Positions 59,726 to 64,000 of a stretch of 64,000 bases of DNA are shown here, piece by piece. Location: assembly GCF_009914755.1 (NCBI RefSeq), contig NC_060929.1; one strand, 5' to 3'. The notes under the pieces are model-generated. The model was not told the DNA's origin, ran no database searches, and worked only from the letters and a program-made list of their open reading frames with translations. The translations under genes were made by a program, and so were the position numbers. Origin of the DNA: the human T2T-CHM13v2.0 reference genome, Homo sapiens. Positions within the stretch are counted from its first letter, which is position 1. The number at the start of each line of letters is the position of its first letter.

Positions 59726-60924
59726 AATTAGAGAAAATAGCCGGAGGATCAGCGTGTCACCCTCTGTATAAAACGTCTACTCAAGGGAGAGACAACAAGA
59801 TAGTTAGGCTAGAGAACCAGTCTCTTGCTCCAGTCTTCTCCTAGAAAGGTGCCAGGAAAAAAAATGTCTGTTCTCAAAACATTCCTTGAAAGGGTTAAAG
59901 TCACAACACAAAATACCCAGTACATGTGATTTGATTAATAGTGGTAAATGGATCTGAGTGTGTAATATGTTGACATCTGAAAGACTGTCAACAGGATCCC
60001 CATTCAACATCAGGGTAAATGCAACTCTTCAGACAGATGTCTTGAAGCACCAAAGATAAGGAAATAAAGAAAGGTGCACCAGGCAGGACTCCTTTGTTAC
60101 ACAGGTAGGGGGAAAAGAGAATGCTAAATGGATTCTTCTCTAGGTGGAGGGGGATCAACATAGGATTTTTCCAAGATTAAAACCATTCTATCATATTCTA
60201 TTAAAAGTGATTTAGAAGAGAAAAATGCACCATGAAATCTCCATGTTTGCAGAGATACCAAACCTAGGAAGATAAACTGCTCTGTAGGTGGGCAGAGAGG
60301 TGACAGATAAGGATCACGTACATTTACCAAAAATTCTTCTAGACTTATAGGAAGATTATCTCTGAGGTCCCAGTTACAAACTGGGAACTGGCCAGGTGAT
60401 TCGTGTGAAGTAATGCCTGAAGATATACATCCACTGGGTTGCTGTGGGAAGAAAGAAGGGGATAGGGCTGCAAAATACAGAGCATCCCTATAGAAACTCT
60501 TAGAAATTAATCAAAAATGCATTATCCCACGATTTTCCAAAATCATTAGGTATCTACAGTGGAAATAATCATGATTATAGCTGATATCCCTCAAGAATGA
60601 CAGAAAACTTGAGGAGAATTCCAATCTAAAAGATCAATAAAATGAAGAGGCTCTCACAAAACACACCAAAGTGCTCCTTTGAATAGAAGGAAGATGACTT
60701 CACAACAGATTTTAAAAAATAACCGTGTGTAGGAATAATACGAACATGATGTTGTTTATCGAAATCTTGAAAACCAGAGTGACGGGATTCCTTGAAAAGG
60801 ACACTACCGGGAAAATAAATAAAAGTGTTGCATCTGAGAGCAGAGAGAAACTTTTTACATTCATCACCTCCTACAGGCAGTATGAGATGATCTTTCAAGA
60901 TCTTTTCAAGCTCTATATTGGTTC

Positions 60925-61790
60925 ATGCCTTTATTCATTAAATAAAAATTGTTGGAACACCAAACCTGGGCTGGGCATTCTTCCAGGGGCTGGAGATACA
61001 ATGGTGAGGAAGAAGATGAAATCCTGGCCCTCCTGGAATGTGCATGCCATTGGGAAAGGCATGTGACAAACAAGGAATGAAGGAGATAGCTGCCCAAGGT
61101 GATGCATGTTAAATGAGATATCTCAATGAAGGGTGAGGGAAATGGGCCTTTGTATTCCACCCCCATCTCTGGATGTTGACTGTTCTCAGCTGTAACCTTG
61201 GACAAGGTAGGATGCAAGATGCTACGATGGGAAAGGCTGATCAAGAAATCCTTTCTGAGGAAGTGAGCTTTGAGGAGAGACTTGAAAGACCTGAGAAAGA
61301 GGAGCCATGCAATGAGAAGACAGAAAGAGAGGAGGAGAGAAGTTTCCAGACTGAGGGAAACACAGTGTGACCACCTGGACATGGGGAGGAGCTTGGCCTC
61401 TTTAAGGAACAGCAAAGAGGATGGCAGGTGCCTTAGGAGCAGAGCACGGAGAGGTTAGGAAGAGATGACCTCGACCATCACAAGACGCCTTATAGGCCAT
61501 GATGCAGAGCAGGATAACTTCTAAGTGTAAAGGAATGGGAAGATTTGAAATATGTTTTGATTTATGTTTGTAGGAAATGACTGACTCCTGTGGGGAGAAG
61601 GGGTGTAATGGGTAAAGTGGAAAGAGGGAGGCCTCTTTAAAGATTGCTGTGTGCAGCAGGCCAGGCGCAAGATGATGTAGAGGTGTGAGTGGTAAGAAAA
61701 GGAAGGGGATGTGTTGGAGGCAAAGAGGAAATCAACTGATGATGGATTGGGTGTGAGAGAAGGACAGGAACCATGGTGAAGCCTAGTGAA
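60925..61790 (-). mobile_element. L2 LINE fragment (resumes at ~62250-62360)
   Basis: tttattcattaaataaa, ctgaggaagtgagctttgag, gttttggtcatgctaaacttgagatgcct. Confidence 0.7.
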
Positions 61791-61799
61791 GTAGATGGC

Positions 61800-62200
61800 A
61801 TGGTGCCCACCCAGATGTCACCCTTCAGGACTGGAGCAGGTGTCCTTCCAGTTGCTGGTAATGTTGGCAGCCAACAGAGCTCAGCCAAGTCCCTCCCTGA
61901 GATTGGCCTTCAGCAGAAGAGATCCACGTCTTCCAAGGACCTTTCTCTGGGAACAGCTCACATCCAGTGACTGGTCCGAGTAAGGATATGAAGGCCCAGC
62001 CTCCTTTGCCCTAACTGGAACAACTCAGCAGAGCCATCCCTGCTCCAGAGCTTTCCATGGAATCGCCATAGGCCCCTCTGCCACAGCATCACAGTTCAGC
62101 TCCCCGCCATCCCCACCCAGGGCAGTCTGCGTCATTCACTTCCTCACACATGGTCTTCCCAAGAGCACTTTCTAATACACTTCCTGCATGCAATATCTTC
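61800..62200 (+). mobile_element. LTR16-like (ERVL) LTR nested in L2
   Basis: gccatccctgctccagagct, cccaagagcactttctaatacacttcctgcatgcaa. Confidence 0.6.
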
Positions 62201-62582
62201 CCATTCCTAGGGATGGCTCCTGCACAACTGGAGAAGTGATGACATCTGTAACTGATATAGGTGAAGCCTGGAAGAGAAGAGAAGCTTGGAGTGGAAATCA
62301 AAAGTTGTGTTTTGGTCATGCTAAACTTGAGATGCCTAACTATATCCAAATGTAGATAGGGTAATAGGTGTAATATTGTGGGCTGGCTAGAATATTCTGG
62401 ACAAAAACCAAAACCCTCAAGGCAGAGGTATAAGAAGACAGCTGAGCTCTTTCATCACAAAGGCCTGTGCTGAATTCCCCATGAGTCTCTCCTACCCTAG
62501 TAATTTTTCAGATAGAATGCTCCTAAATGTGCTTTGCTAACTCAAAGAGATGGCATAGTTAGAACCCTTCGTACTTGGTCTA

Positions 62583-62940
<358 letters not shown>

Positions 62941-63034
62941 TTACTGGCTACCTTTTCTTCCTGCCACTGGCCCGGAACACACTGCCCTTCTTTCACATCC
63001 TCAAAAATTCCGTCTTTCCCACCCCAGGGACTTT

Positions 63035-63305
63035 GCACAGGCTGCTCCTGCTGCCTGGGATGCTCTTTTTTACCATTCTTCATATGGTCAGTTACTTCTT
63101 ATCCTCAGACTTCTCCTCAATCCCATGGTGCTTCTGACATTTTGAAAGTATTTCATGTATTTATTGTTTACCTGGATGTGAGTTCTGTTTATTTGTTCTG
63201 TCTCTCCAATTGGAAATTTCCTATGAGGATAAGAACTTACTCATCAATGCATCCAAGCATCTAGTACCATGTGATATATATTCCATGCTCAATAAATACT
63301 GGCTG
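63035..63305 (+). mobile_element. L2 3' fragment
   Basis: ctttgcacaggctgctcctgctgcctgggatgctct...gctcaataaatact. Confidence 0.65.
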
Positions 63306-63369
63306 GGCAGTGATTTCATATTTGAGATATTGTGTTCATTGCAGAGGTGGAGGCAATGCAGTACATACA

Positions 63370-63610
63370 TATATTAAACACTTCCTGTGGGCCCGCTTCT
63401 GTGTTCTCGGATTGTATTCCCGTTCTTTTTCAGCCCTTCCAATAGTTCTGGGATGTAAATATTGCTATTGTCTCTATTTTTTTAGAGGAGGCATCTGAGG
63501 ACCAGGGAGAATACCTAGCTTTCCCCACATCATGCAGCTCCTGGAGGAGTTGAGATTTGAGTCCAGGTGCACCTGGCTCCAAGCCCATTCATTTTCCCCT
63601 CTACCATAAT
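63370..63610 (-). mobile_element. MIR SINE
   Basis: ttgagatttgagtccagg..ctggctccaagccc. Confidence 0.6.
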
Positions 63611-64000
63611 TAGTGAATTCCTTCAGCAGACTTTTTGAGCACCTACTATGAAGAGGGAAGGGTACCAGAAAGCAAAAGAGAGAGAGCCTGACTTTGTAAT
63701 TTGACTTAAGAAACAAGACAAAAACAAATGTAATCACATGAAGCAGAATAACCTAGAGGGTCCTTCCAGCTTGAACACTGTCTAACTGTCTGAATGGTCC
63801 AGACACTAAATGCAATGGGAGAAATTATCCTGCTCCTTGGCTGTGTCTGAGGGTGTGCATTTTTTCTTCATCTACCTCTACCTGCCGGTGAACACAAATT
63901 TAAGTCCATTCGAAATGGCTGTCTGGACACTCCCATATGATAGTGCATAGCGAATTCAAGGTCAAATCTAAAGTCAAAGTCAGACGTCTTTGTTTTTCTT

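Noticed and set aside
60500-60905. 113-aa ORF at 60725-61066 and surrounding A-rich sequence
   Set aside because: No recognisable domain or splice context; possibly a very old L1/HAL1 remnant running into L2, too degenerate to call.

Overview
Simian-primate (most likely human) genomic DNA, almost entirely intronic. It holds one convincing protein-coding exon: 33738-33972 on the + strand, 235 nt, phase 1/2. It encodes (G)[77 protein letters not shown](R), which I recognise as part of the intracellular domain of teneurin-2 (TENM2/ODZ2). The supplied ORF track misses it. The rest is two very long introns containing 12 Alu-family elements (10 on +, 2 on -), a full-length decayed L1PA7/8-type element (~35617-42310, -) with a nested AluY, older L1, L2 and MIR fragments, THE1/MST/LTR16-type LTRs, hAT MER elements and microsatellites. 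I found no rRNA, tRNA, CRISPR array or new multi-gene system, and the listed ORFs appear to be repeat-derived or chance. Non-standard signals most worth follow-up: (1) a 276-bp nearly spacer-less palindrome at 13501-13776; (2) a ~63-bp local duplication (3741-3803 / 5326-5387), each copy carrying a recursive-splice-like CAG|GTGAG; (3) an apparent L1 3' transduction at 57694-58376; (4) a CpG-retaining, RFX-motif-bearing candidate internal promoter/enhancer at ~15.9-17.0 kb; (5) TSD-less insertion junctions. Repeat subfamily names come from recalled consensus sequences and boundaries of old repeats are approximate.
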